Source: an uncultured Gemmatimonadales bacterium (GTDB lineage: Bacteria; Gemmatimonadota; Gemmatimonadetes; Gemmatimonadales; Gemmatimonadaceae). Taken from it: DNA of 64,000 bases. This document shows positions 9,598-20,610 of this stretch, one piece after another. The notes below the pieces were generated by a model. It did not search any database. It had not been told where the DNA came from and worked only from the letters and a program-made list of their open reading frames with translations. How positions within the stretch are numbered: position 1 is the stretch's first letter; every line of letters begins with the position of its first letter. The DNA lies in assembly GCA_963851265.1 (NCBI GenBank), contig CAWKNZ010000005.1, positions 64,001-128,000 of the forward strand, written 5' to 3'. The position numbers and the translations under genes are program-made.

Positions 9598-12255
9598 ATG
9601 TCTGCCCAGTCCGCCCCCGTTCCTGCAGCAGATATCACGCCCGACCGGGCCGAGCAGCTCCTGATGCTCCGCTCGAAGCTGCAGTCGACGGTGGCGATCC
9701 GGCGCGCGTTCATCCTGCTGGTCGCGATGGCGGTTGCGGCGGACTACGCCCTGTCGTGGTTCCGCGCACCGTGGTGGGTGATGATCCTGCCCGGCTTCGT
9801 CGTGCTCGCGTACAACGTGGTACTGGATGTCGCCCTGCGGCGGGGGTGGTTTGCCGCGTGGGTGGTCCAGGTGGTCGTCGCCGCCGACATTCTCGCGCTC
9901 TGCACGTTCGCGGGGCTCGCCGGTCCAACGGGTGTGGCGATGATCGCCGGCGTCGTCCTCGTCGTGGGCGGTCAGGCGCTCGGCACGCCCGAAATCGCGC
10001 GCCGGCAGCTCGCGATCGCGATTCCCGGGTACGTCATCGCCCGCAAGTTGGGACTGTCCGCTTACGGCTACGACGTGCACCTCGGACCGATGTGCGTCGA
10101 AGTCGCCTGTCTGGCCGTGCTCGGGGCACTGGCGATTCGAGGCCCGGCGGTCGTCACGCGGCGGATCCGGCGCGCCCGCGCCGCCCTCGGCGCCCTCGAG
10201 CGCGGCGACTTCACCGTGCGACTGCCGACGCGCGCGCGGGACGACCTCGGCTTTCTTGCCGCCAGCTTCAACTCGACCGCGGAAACGCTCGGGCGCACCG
10301 TGCATGCGCTGCACGCAGAGATCGGCGAGCGCGAGCGCACGCAGGTCGCGTTGCAGGATAGCGAGACGCGGCTCATGGCCGCGCGCGAGGAGGCGCAGGC
10401 GATGGCCACGCGCATGGCGATGGTGGCCGACGTAGCCGGGCGGGTGATCGGGGCCGAATCGCTCACGTCACTCCACGACGTCCTACGCGACGCGTGCTGG
10501 CACGTGTTCGGATTCGACGCGTTCGCCGTGGCGGTGTTCGGCGAGGCGTCGGCAGCGGGCCGGCCGGCCGGCGCGCCCCGCACCATCCAGCCGCTCGGCG
10601 AGAGCGACGCGGCGCTCGCGGGCGACTCCCCGGAGGCGCGCGCCCTCGCCACGCGCGTCCTGGCCGGGCGCGCCTCCTTCATCGAGACCGACGGCGACAA
10701 CCCGCTGTCGGTGTCGACGCTGGTGTCGCCGGTGTTCGGGACGGACGCCGTCCTCGGGTATCTCGCGCTTCGGGCGGACAGGCCCGGTGCGTACCGCCGC
10801 GGGGACGTGGAGGTGTTGGAGGCGCTCGCCGCGCTCGCCGCCACCGCCATCCGCAACGTCATGCTCGTCGACGCGCTGCGCGATTCGCGCGAGGCGTTCG
10901 CACACCAGGCGCGCCACGACCCGTTGACGGGCCTGGCGAACCGCGCGCGCCTGCACGAACAGCTGTCGCACGCCCTCGCCGGCCCCGCCGCGGAGGGGCT
11001 GACCGTGCTCGTCCTCGACCTCGACGGCTTCAAGCGCGTCAACGATTCGCTCGGCCACGCGGCCGGCGATGCGCTGCTCGTGCAGGTCGCCGAGCGGCTG
11101 CTCGCCGCGACGCGCGGGAGCGACACCGTCGCGCGGCTCGGCGGGGACGAGTTCGCCGTCCTGCTCGCGAACACCCGCGGCGCAGCGGACGCGGCGCTCG
11201 TCGCCGAGCGGATCCTACACATGATGCGGCTGCCGTTCGTGCTCGACGGCGCGGAGGCGGTGGTCGGGACGAGCATCGGGATCGCGCGCGCGGCGACCGA
11301 CGGCGCGGTCACCACCGGCGCCGAACCGGGGCGCGCGCGCGTGGACGCACTGCTGCGAGACGCTGACCTGGCGATGTACCGCGCGAAGGGCGCGGGGAAG
11401 GGCCGGTACGCGTTCTTCGAGGCGGTGATGCACGCCGAGGCGGTCGGACGGCTCGAGCTCGAGGCGGACCTGCGCGCGGCGCTCGCGCGCGGCGAGTTCC
11501 GGCTGCTGTACCAGCCGATCGTTGCCCTCGACGGCGGCGAGGTGGCGGGGATGGAGGCGCTGGTCCGCTGGTGGCACCCGCTGCGCGGCCTCGTCTCGCC
11601 CGCCGACTTCATCCCGCTCGCCGAGGAGACGGGGCTCATCGTCCCGCTCGGGCGGTGGGTGCTGGGCGAGGCCTGCCGCGAGGCGGCGCGGGTGCGCGAC
11701 CGCGTGGGGCGGGCGGTGACGATGACGGTCAACGTCTCGGCGCGCCAGCTCTACGACGCCGCGCTCGTCGACGACGTGCGCGCCGCGCTCGAGGCCACCG
11801 GCGTCGACCCGCACGAACTCGTGCTGGAGTTGACGGAGAGCGTGATGATCGACCGGCCGGAGCTCGCGCTCGAGCGGTTCACCGCGCTCAAGGCGTTAGG
11901 CGTACGGCTCGCGATCGACGACTTCGGGACGGGCTACTCCTCGCTCGCGTACCTGCAGCGCTTCCCGGTGGACGTGCTGAAGATCGACCGCAGCTTCGTC
12001 GACGGGCTGCGGCGCGGCGGCGCGCAGGGCGCGCTCGCGCGCACCATCGTCGCCCTCGGCGAGGCGCTGTCGCTCCGCACCGTCGCCGAGGGCATCGAGG
12101 AGTCGGAGCAGTGCGCCGCGCTGCGCGCGGTCGGGTGTCCGTTCGGCCAGGGGTACCTGTTCGCCCGCCCGCTCACGCCGGACGCGTTCGACGCGCTGCT
12201 CGACGCCCGGGGCTGCGCGCCGCCGGCCGACGAGCGCGTCGCCGTCGCTGCCTAA
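9598..12255 (+). CDS. Membrane-bound diguanylate cyclase/phosphodiesterase (TM-HAMP-GAF-GGDEF-EAL)
   Basis: Several N-terminal TM helices, HAMP-like [30 protein letters not shown]-x5-[26 protein letters not shown]. Confidence 0.93.
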   Translation: MSAQSAPVPAADITPDRAEQLLMLRSKLQSTVAIRRAFILLVAMAVAADYALSWFRAPWWVMILPGFVVLAYNVVLDVALRRGWFAAWVVQVVVAADILALCTFAGLAGPTGVAMIAGVVLVVGGQALGTPEIARRQLAIAIPGYVIARKLGLSAYGYDVHLGPMCVEVACLAVLGALAIRGPAVVTRRIRRARAALGALERGDFTVRLPTRARDDLGFLAASFNSTAETLGRTVHALHAEIGERERTQVALQDSETRLMAAREEAQAMATRMAMVADVAGRVIGAESLTSLHDVLRDACWHVFGFDAFAVAVFGEASAAGRPAGAPRTIQPLGESDAALAGDSPEARALATRVLAGRASFIETDGDNPLSVSTLVSPVFGTDAVLGYLALRADRPGAYRRGDVEVLEALAALAATAIRNVMLVDALRDSREAFAHQARHDPLTGLANRARLHEQLSHALAGPAAEGLTVLVLDLDGFKRVNDSLGHAAGDALLVQVAERLLAATRGSDTVARLGGDEFAVLLANTRGAADAALVAERILHMMRLPFVLDGAEAVVGTSIGIARAATDGAVTTGAEPGRARVDALLRDADLAMYRAKGAGKGRYAFFEAVMHAEAVGRLELEADLRAALARGEFRLLYQPIVALDGGEVAGMEALVRWWHPLRGLVSPADFIPLAEETGLIVPLGRWVLGEACREAARVRDRVGRAVTMTVNVSARQLYDAALVDDVRAALEATGVDPHELVLELTESVMIDRPELALERFTALKALGVRLAIDDFGTGYSSLAYLQRFPVDVLKIDRSFVDGLRRGGAQGALARTIVALGEALSLRTVAEGIEESEQCAALRAVGCPFGQGYLFARPLTPDAFDALLDARGCAPPADERVAVAA

Positions 12256-12777
12256 CGATCCCCCACCGCGGCGGTCGGTGGGGCGGTTCGCGCGCGGTCC
12301 ACGCGCGGTCCACCCGCGGTTCACGCGCGCGGCGTAGCAGCCCGGCTTCGCGTGGTGCAGGTGCAGGTACGCGACCGCTTCCCGCGCGAACATCCGCTCG
12401 ATGGCGGGTTCCACCTCGCCCCCGTGAACGACGTCGGCGTCGACCATCATCCCGGTCGCGTCGAAGGCGCGGACCGACAGCAGGCGACGTCGGAGCGCGT
12501 CGGGCACCTCGCCCGCGCGCGGCCGCGCCTCCACGGCACCCGCGCGCACGTAGATGGCGTGGCCGGCGCGGTACGGCGTGTCAGCGGGTTGATGCTCGTA
12601 GTGGACGAGGATCACGGTCTCGCCCGGCTCGGCGTCGGCGAGCGTGACGCGGCACGGGAACCCCGGCGTGCGGTCGACGACCTGGCGGACCGCGCCGCGG
12701 GCGCGGAGGTCGTCGTCCGACATCGTGAAGAGCGGGGCGAACGGGTGTGCGGGCAGGGCGCGGATCTGGAAGGGCAC
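11896..12777 (-). CDS. DUF1203 domain protein (domain ends near 12310; ORF runs on antisense into the EAL gene)
   Basis: [51 protein letters not shown] typical of DUF1203. Confidence 0.8.
   Translation of the reverse strand: MPFQIRALPAHPFAPLFTMSDDDLRARGAVRQVVDRTPGFPCRVTLADAEPGETVILVHYEHQPADTPYRAGHAIYVRAGAVEARPRAGEVPDALRRRLLSVRAFDATGMMVDADVVHGGEVEPAIERMFAREAVAYLHLHHAKPGCYAARVNRGWTARGPRANRPTDRRGGGSLGSDGDALVGRRRAAPGVEQRVERVRRERAGEQVPLAERTPDRAQRGALLRLLDALGDGAERQRLAEGDDGARERALRAAAPQPVDEAAVDLQHVHREALQVRERGVARPEVVDREPYA
12261..12283. terminator. Hairpin just after the GGDEF-EAL stop codon
   Basis: CCCCACCG (12261-12268) / CGGTGGGG (12276-12283), 7-nt loop. Confidence 0.45.
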
Positions 12778-12866
12778 GGGCGACTCCGGTGCGTGGTGCG
12801 CGGCTGAGGAACTCGGTGTCGTACGGTGCCGCCCGCGCGCCGGACGCGCGTCCCGCTTCGTGCGCT

Positions 12867-12905
12867 CGAACCGGGCGCCCGAACCGGGCGCCCGAACCGG
12901 GCGCC
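12867..12905. repeat. Tandem repeat 3 x 13 bp (CGAACCGGGCGCC)
   Basis: Three perfect copies read directly, intergenic between the GH gene and DUF1203. Confidence 0.9.
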
Positions 12906-12921
12906 CGCGCCCGCCTGTGAC

Positions 12922-14127
12922 CTAGCGCGGCGCCGCGGCGGGCGCGGGCGAGAGCGCGCGCAGTGCGCCTAACGCGGCGCTCGCGCGCGCGGCGCCGCGC
13001 TGCAGGCCGCGCACGATGCCGCGGTCGTCGCCGCGCATCGGCGTCGACGTCGAGTCGTAGACGTCGAGGAACCCGTGCCAGTAGAAGGTCTTGGCCCAGG
13101 GCGAACCGGTGCGCCCGCTGGTCATCGCCGTCATCAGCGTGCGCAGGTGCGCGGCCTGCGAGTCGGCCTGGATGCGGGCGCGGCGGTACCCGGCGCAGTA
13201 CGACGGGGTGCTGACGTTCTCGCCGGCCGCGCGCGCGTTGGCGCGGTCGAGGCACCCGACCGGCCCCGCCTCGGTGAGCCAGACGGGCCACGCCCACGGC
13301 CGCACGCCGCTGGCCTCCGGGAGCGCCCGCACGGTGCGCGCGATGTCGGCGGCGTCGGAGTAGTGGTGCATCGACACGACGTCGACGTTGGCGCCCTGGC
13401 GCTGCGTCTGCAGCAGGCCGCGCACCCACCGCTCGGCGCCGCCGCGCGCGGCCTCGGGTGCGACGAGCAGGCGCGCGCCGCGGCCGTCGGCGGGGCGGCG
13501 GATCCACGGCGCGGCCGCGGCGACCAGCCCGGCGTAGTCGGCGATGAGCGCGTCCTCGCCTTCGGCATTCGGGCCGATCGCGCCGCGTCGCCCGTTGAAG
13601 AACACGGCCACGTTCGGCTCATTCCACACGGCCCACGCGCGCACGTCCGGGTAGCGTTCGACGGCCGCGCGGACGAACCGCGCCCAGTCCCGGAGGTCGT
13701 CGGGGAGGTCGGTCTGGCGGCGGCCGCCGTCGGCGACCGGCCGGGTGACGGCCCACGCCGGCGTGTATTCGAGCACGCCGAGCACGTTGAGGCCGCGGCA
13801 GCGCGCGCGGCTCACCGTCTGGTCGAGGCGCGACCAGCGGAAGGCCGCGTCGGACGTGCGCGAGGCCGGGTCCGCGCCGATCGTACTCCAGTCGACGTCG
13901 ACGCGCACCCACCCGGTGCCGGCCGCCCGCAGCATCGTGGCCGCGGTCGCGTACGCCGTGTCCGGGAACGGGTCGCCCGGCTGGTAGGCGAGCGCGTTGA
14001 CGTTCATCCCGTACGGGTTGGACGCGGGCTGCCGCGCGAAGCGCGGCTCCCCGCGGCAGTCGTCCGCGTGCGTAGCCGCCGGGCGCGTGACCGGCACGGG
14101 CGCGACCGGCACGGGCGTGACCGGCAT
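12922..14127 (-). CDS. Clan GH-A glycoside hydrolase-like protein (GH5/GH39-like TIM barrel)
   Basis: GWVRVDVDW, W-LD-V, LEYTPAWA, acid/base WNEPN, DVVSMHHY, nucleophile VWLTEAG; ATG 2 nt after cstA stop. Confidence 0.78.
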   Translation of the reverse strand: MPVTPVPVAPVPVTRPAATHADDCRGEPRFARQPASNPYGMNVNALAYQPGDPFPDTAYATAATMLRAAGTGWVRVDVDWSTIGADPASRTSDAAFRWSRLDQTVSRARCRGLNVLGVLEYTPAWAVTRPVADGGRRQTDLPDDLRDWARFVRAAVERYPDVRAWAVWNEPNVAVFFNGRRGAIGPNAEGEDALIADYAGLVAAAAPWIRRPADGRGARLLVAPEAARGGAERWVRGLLQTQRQGANVDVVSMHHYSDAADIARTVRALPEASGVRPWAWPVWLTEAGPVGCLDRANARAAGENVSTPSYCAGYRRARIQADSQAAHLRTLMTAMTSGRTGSPWAKTFYWHGFLDVYDSTSTPMRGDDRGIVRGLQRGAARASAALGALRALSPAPAAAPR

Positions 14128-14129
14128 GG

Positions 14130-16220
<2,091 letters not shown>

Positions 16221-16226
16221 CGCCGA

Positions 16227-16253
16227 ACGTTACGCCCGGAACCGCCCCGTCAA
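16227..16253 (-). promoter_or_regulatory. Candidate promoter for leaderless cstA mRNA
   Basis: Minus strand TTGACG (16253-16248), 15-nt spacer (short), TAACGT (16232-16227), 6 nt to ATG; no SD. Confidence 0.4.
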
Positions 16254-16379
16254 GGGTCGGGCGGCGGCAACGGCCGAGCCTGCCGTACCCCTGCATTGCC
16301 CCGGTCCGTCAAGTGCTGGAAGCCCCTCTCCGCGCCGCATAACGTTCCTGCCCCGAGCCCACCCTCAGCGTCCGCCTCA

Positions 16380-17399
16380 ATGCCTACGACTGTCACGCTC
16401 ATCCCCGGCGACGGCATCGGCCCGAGCATCGCCGACGCCACGGTCCGCGTCCTCGAGGCGGCGGGGGCCGACCTCGCGTACGACGTGCAGGTCGCCGGCC
16501 AGGCCGGGGTGTCGCGCTACCACGACCCGATCCCCGACGTCACGCTCGACTCGATCCGCAAGACGCGGATCGCGCTCAAGGGGCCGCTCGAGACGCCGGT
16601 GGGCGAGGGGTTCCGCTCGATCAACGTCGCCCTGCGCAAGACGTTCGACCTCTACGCCAACGTGCGGCCGGCCCACGTGATCATGCGCGGCGGGCGCTTC
16701 GACAAGGTCGACATCGTGCTCGTGCGCGAGAACACCGAGGGGCTCTACATCGGCGTCGAGCACTACATCAAGATCGGCAACGACCCGAAGGCGGCCGCGG
16801 AGTCGATCCTCGTGATCACGCGCCAGGGCTCGGAGCGCATCGTGCGCTACGCGTTCGAGTACGCGCTCTCGCACGGGCGCAGGAAAATCACGCTCGTGCA
16901 CAAGGCGAACATCCTCAAGTTCTCGCAGGGGCTGTTCCTCGACGTGGGGCGCGAGGTGGCGCGCGAGTACCAGGGGCGCATCGAGTTCGACACACAGATC
17001 GTCGACGCGATGGCGATGAAGCTCGTGATCGCCCCCGAGCAGTTCGACGTGATCGTGACGACCAACATGTTCGGCGACATCCTCTCCGACGAGATCTCGG
17101 GGCTGGTGGGCGGGCTCGGGCTCGCGCCGGGGGCGAACATCGGCGAGGGGGCGGCGATCTTCGAGGCGGTGCACGGCACCGCGCCCGACATCGCGGGCAA
17201 GAACGTCGCGAACCCGGGCGCGCTGATCCTCGCGTCGGCGATGATGCTCGACCACCTCGGCCAGCACGAGCGCGGCGACCGCATCCGGAACTGCTTCGAG
17301 CAGCAGGTGCGCGAGGGCAAGGCGCTCACGCGCGACCTCGGCGGGACGGCGGGCACCGACGCGTTCACCGACGAACTCGTCGCGCGCGTGCGCGGCTGA
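16380..17399 (+). CDS. icd: Isocitrate/isopropylmalate dehydrogenase family protein (likely short-type isocitrate dehydrogenase)
   Basis: LIPGDGIGP, ALKGP-TP-G-GFRSINVALRK, RENTEG-Y, VHKANILK, TNMFGDILSD, FEAVHGTAPDIAGK. Confidence 0.85.
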   Translation: MPTTVTLIPGDGIGPSIADATVRVLEAAGADLAYDVQVAGQAGVSRYHDPIPDVTLDSIRKTRIALKGPLETPVGEGFRSINVALRKTFDLYANVRPAHVIMRGGRFDKVDIVLVRENTEGLYIGVEHYIKIGNDPKAAAESILVITRQGSERIVRYAFEYALSHGRRKITLVHKANILKFSQGLFLDVGREVAREYQGRIEFDTQIVDAMAMKLVIAPEQFDVIVTTNMFGDILSDEISGLVGGLGLAPGANIGEGAAIFEAVHGTAPDIAGKNVANPGALILASAMMLDHLGQHERGDRIRNCFEQQVREGKALTRDLGGTAGTDAFTDELVARVRG

Positions 17400-17453
17400 C
17401 GCGCGGACGTTCGTTCCGCACCGCGTACCGAACCTCGTCAGACGACCGCTCCC

Positions 17454-18296
17454 GTGGCACTCCGCGTCTTTCACGTTTCCGACCTGCACTTCGGGCGCCC
17501 GGCGGTGCCCGCGCAGGTCGAGGCGCTCGAGCGTCTCGTCGAGCGCGAGCGCTACGACGTGGTCGCCGTGTCGGGGGACCTCACGCAGCGCGCGCGCTCC
17601 GGGGAGTTCCAGCGGGCCGCGGTGTTCCTGCGCGACGCGGCGCGCGTGAGCCGGACCGTCGTCGTGCCCGGCAACCACGACGTGCTGTGGTGGAAGGCGC
17701 CGTTGGGGCTCGGGGACGACGCGCCCGTCTACGCCAACTACCGCGAGTACATCTCGACCGACCTCGAGCCGGTGCTGCGCGTGCCCGGGGAGGACGGGGG
17801 GCCCGGCGCGGTCTTCGTGGGGCTCAACACCGCCCAGGGCGTGCTGCCGCAGACGCTCACCTGGAACGTGCGCGACATCTCGATCATCGGGCACCTGCGC
17901 CGCTCTCAGGTCGAGCACGCGGCGGCCGCGTTCGCGGCCGCGCCGGAGCACGACTGGCGCGTGATCGTGATGCACCACAATCCGGTGATGGGCGAGCTCT
18001 CGCAGCGCCACGGGCTCAAGCACACCCGCCGCGTGCTCGGCGCATTCGCCGAGATCGGGACGGACCTGGTGCTGTGCGGGCACGACCACCAGGAGGCGGT
18101 GCACGAGGTCGAGACGACGAAGCGGGGGACGATCGTCTCGACCGCGGGCACGGTGAGCAACCGGTCGCGCGGCGGACGCCCGTCGTCGGCCAACGTACTC
18201 ACCCTGCGGCCGGGCGCGATCGACGTGATGACGCTCGTGTGGTCGTCGGCGGAGCGCGACTTCGTGCCGGGGCCGCGGCGGTCGTTCGCGCGGTGA
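17454..18296 (+). CDS. Calcineurin-like metallophosphoesterase
   Basis: SDLHFG, SGDLTQ, PGNHD, MHH, CGHDH motifs. Confidence 0.9.
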   Translation: MALRVFHVSDLHFGRPAVPAQVEALERLVERERYDVVAVSGDLTQRARSGEFQRAAVFLRDAARVSRTVVVPGNHDVLWWKAPLGLGDDAPVYANYREYISTDLEPVLRVPGEDGGPGAVFVGLNTAQGVLPQTLTWNVRDISIIGHLRRSQVEHAAAAFAAAPEHDWRVIVMHHNPVMGELSQRHGLKHTRRVLGAFAEIGTDLVLCGHDHQEAVHEVETTKRGTIVSTAGTVSNRSRGGRPSSANVLTLRPGAIDVMTLVWSSAERDFVPGPRRSFAR

Positions 18297-18311
18297 CCGC
18301 CTAACACCCGC

Positions 18312-19154
18312 ATGAAGGGACAGTTCGAACTCGGCCTGGCCGCCCCGCCCGCCGCGCCCGCCGCGCCCGCCGCGCCGCCGGCCCGCCCCACGCCGGGCGA
18401 CGCGGCCGCGCTGCTGGCCGCACTGCGCCGGCTCGGGCTTCGGGGCATCGACCGGCTGCGCTTCACGCGCAACCGCACCGTGATGGTCAGCTTCAGCGGC
18501 GGCGAGCTGCGCGTGCACGAGGGCTACCGCGACGCGCCCGCCGAGGTGCTGCGTGCGGTGGTGAGTTTCGTGTGCGGGCGCACGCGCGCCGACCGGCGGG
18601 CCGCGCGCGAGGCGATCCTCGCGTACCAGATCGTGCGCCCCGCGGGCTCCGCGCCGCGGCGGCGCGAGCGCGCGCGGCCCGAGGACGAGCCCGCCGTGGC
18701 GCAGCTGCGGCGCTTCCACTCGCATTACAATCGGGTCTACTTCGGTGGCCGCCTCAAGGCGGTGCCGATCCGGCTCTCGGCGCGCATGCGCACGCGCCTC
18801 GGGCACTACACGGCCGCCGCGCCCACCGGCGATCCGGCCGAGATCGTGATCGGCGCGGCGCACATCCGGCGCCACGGCTGGGAAGAGGCGCTGCACACGC
18901 TGCTGCACGAGATGGTGCACCAGTGGCAGGACGAGGCCGGGCACGCGGTCGACCACGGGGCGACGTTCCGCGCGAAGGCGCGCGAGGTCGGGATCACGGC
19001 GAGCGCGCGGCGGCACATGGTCCCGCGCCGGCCGCGCGCGGGGCGCGACCTCGCCGCGACGGCGCCGCCGCTGCCGTTCGGGCCGTCGCACGGCCCCGCG
19101 CACGGGCGCCCGCCGGCGCAGACGATCGGGCTGCGGGCGGCGCGCGAGGACTGA
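18312..19154 (+). CDS. SprT-like zinc metalloprotease domain protein
   Basis: YN-YFGG-L, RM-RLGHY, TLLHEMVHQW (HExxH), DHGATF. Confidence 0.85.
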   Translation: MKGQFELGLAAPPAAPAAPAAPPARPTPGDAAALLAALRRLGLRGIDRLRFTRNRTVMVSFSGGELRVHEGYRDAPAEVLRAVVSFVCGRTRADRRAAREAILAYQIVRPAGSAPRRRERARPEDEPAVAQLRRFHSHYNRVYFGGRLKAVPIRLSARMRTRLGHYTAAAPTGDPAEIVIGAAHIRRHGWEEALHTLLHEMVHQWQDEAGHAVDHGATFRAKAREVGITASARRHMVPRRPRAGRDLAATAPPLPFGPSHGPAHGRPPAQTIGLRAARED

Positions 19155-19265
19155 GCCGCGCGCGGTGGTCCCCGTGGCCACCTGCGCGATGTGCGCACGG
19201 GGTAGGGCGGGCCGAGGTTCGGGCACCCGCGGGCTAGATTGCCGGTGTCTCACACCCCGGATCCG

Positions 19266-20546
19266 ATGGCTACCGAGATCGCCCCCGAGCCGACGTCGAA
19301 CGCGACGGCAGAACCCGACATCGACCAGTACCTCGCCTCGCCCGCGCAGCGCCCGACCACAGGTGATCTGTTCAACATCGACGCGGGGCTGACCGAAGAT
19401 GAGCGCGCCGTGCGCGACTCGGTGCGGCGCTTCGTCGACGAGGACGTGCTGCCGATCATCGGCACGCACTACGTCGAGGGGACCTTCCCGCGGCACCTGA
19501 TCGCGAAGATGGGCGAGCTCGGCGTGTTCGGCGCGAACCTGCCCGAGGAGTACGGCTGCGCGGGGCTGAACAACGTGCAGTACGGGCTCATCATGCAGGA
19601 ACTCGAGCGCGGCGATTCGGGGATCCGGTCGTTCGCCTCGGTGCAGGGCGCACTCGTGATGTACCCCATCTACGCGTTCGGGTCGGAGGCGCAGCGGCGC
19701 GCGTGGCTGCCGCGCATGGCCACGGGCGAGGTGATCGGCTGCTTCGGGCTCACGGAGCCGGACTACGGCTCGAACCCGTCGGGGATGATCACGGTCGCGC
19801 GCGAGCAGGCGGACGGGTCGTACGTGCTGAACGGCGCGAAGATGTGGATCACGAACGGGTCGACGGCGCAGGTGGCCGTGGTGTGGGCCAAGACGGTGCG
19901 CCACGGCGAGACCGCGGTCGGCGACGACAAGACGATCCGCGGATTCCTCGTCCCGACGGACGCGCCGGGATTCCGCGCGCGCAACCAGAAGGGAAAGCTC
20001 TCGCTCCGCGCGTCCGACACGAGCGAGCTGACGTTCGAGGACGTGCCGCTGCCGGCGGACGCCATCCTCCCCGGGTCGGGCGGACTCAAAAGCCCGCTCA
20101 TGTGTCTCACGCAGGCCCGCTACGGCATCTCGTGGGGCGCGTTGGGCGCGGCGATCGCCTGCTTCGAGGAGGCGACGTCGTACGCGAAATCGCGCGTGAT
20201 GTTCGACCGGCCGATCGGCGGCTTCCAGATCCAGCAGGTGCGCCTGGCCGACATGCTCACCGAGATCACCAAGGGTCAGCTGCTCGCGCTGCACCTCGGC
20301 CGGTGCAAGGACGCCGGCACGTTCACCCCGACGATGGTCTCGCTCGCCAAGCGCAACAACGTGTCGGTCGCGACGGACGTGGCGCGCGAGGCGCGGCGTC
20401 TGTTAGGCGGCAACGGGATCCTTGCCGAGTACGCGAGCATGCGGCACATGGCCAACCTCGAAAGCGTGTACACGTACGAGGGGACCCACGACGTGCACTC
20501 GCTCATCCTCGGCCAGGCGATCACGGGGCTGAACGCGTTCAAGTGA
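19266..20546 (+). CDS. Acyl-CoA dehydrogenase, glutaryl-CoA dehydrogenase-like
   Basis: QELERGDSGIRSFASVQGALVMYPI, GCFGLTEPDYGSNP, LNGAKMWITNG, LESVYTYEGTHDVH. Confidence 0.92.
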   Translation: MATEIAPEPTSNATAEPDIDQYLASPAQRPTTGDLFNIDAGLTEDERAVRDSVRRFVDEDVLPIIGTHYVEGTFPRHLIAKMGELGVFGANLPEEYGCAGLNNVQYGLIMQELERGDSGIRSFASVQGALVMYPIYAFGSEAQRRAWLPRMATGEVIGCFGLTEPDYGSNPSGMITVAREQADGSYVLNGAKMWITNGSTAQVAVVWAKTVRHGETAVGDDKTIRGFLVPTDAPGFRARNQKGKLSLRASDTSELTFEDVPLPADAILPGSGGLKSPLMCLTQARYGISWGALGAAIACFEEATSYAKSRVMFDRPIGGFQIQQVRLADMLTEITKGQLLALHLGRCKDAGTFTPTMVSLAKRNNVSVATDVAREARRLLGGNGILAEYASMRHMANLESVYTYEGTHDVHSLILGQAITGLNAFK

Positions 20547-20610
20547 GGTCGGGCGCTCGCCGCGGCCCCGCGCTGCCGTCCACGCCCGAGACTCGCGCGA
20601 CGACCGACGG

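Noticed and set aside
16377..20294. 1305-aa minus-strand ORF and other long shadow ORFs (3344-6151, 50086-52119, 5' part of 52673-56632, 58892-61039)
   Set aside because: They are antisense or alternate frames of well-supported genes, Arg/Ala/Pro-rich without motifs, as expected from stop-codon scarcity at high GC
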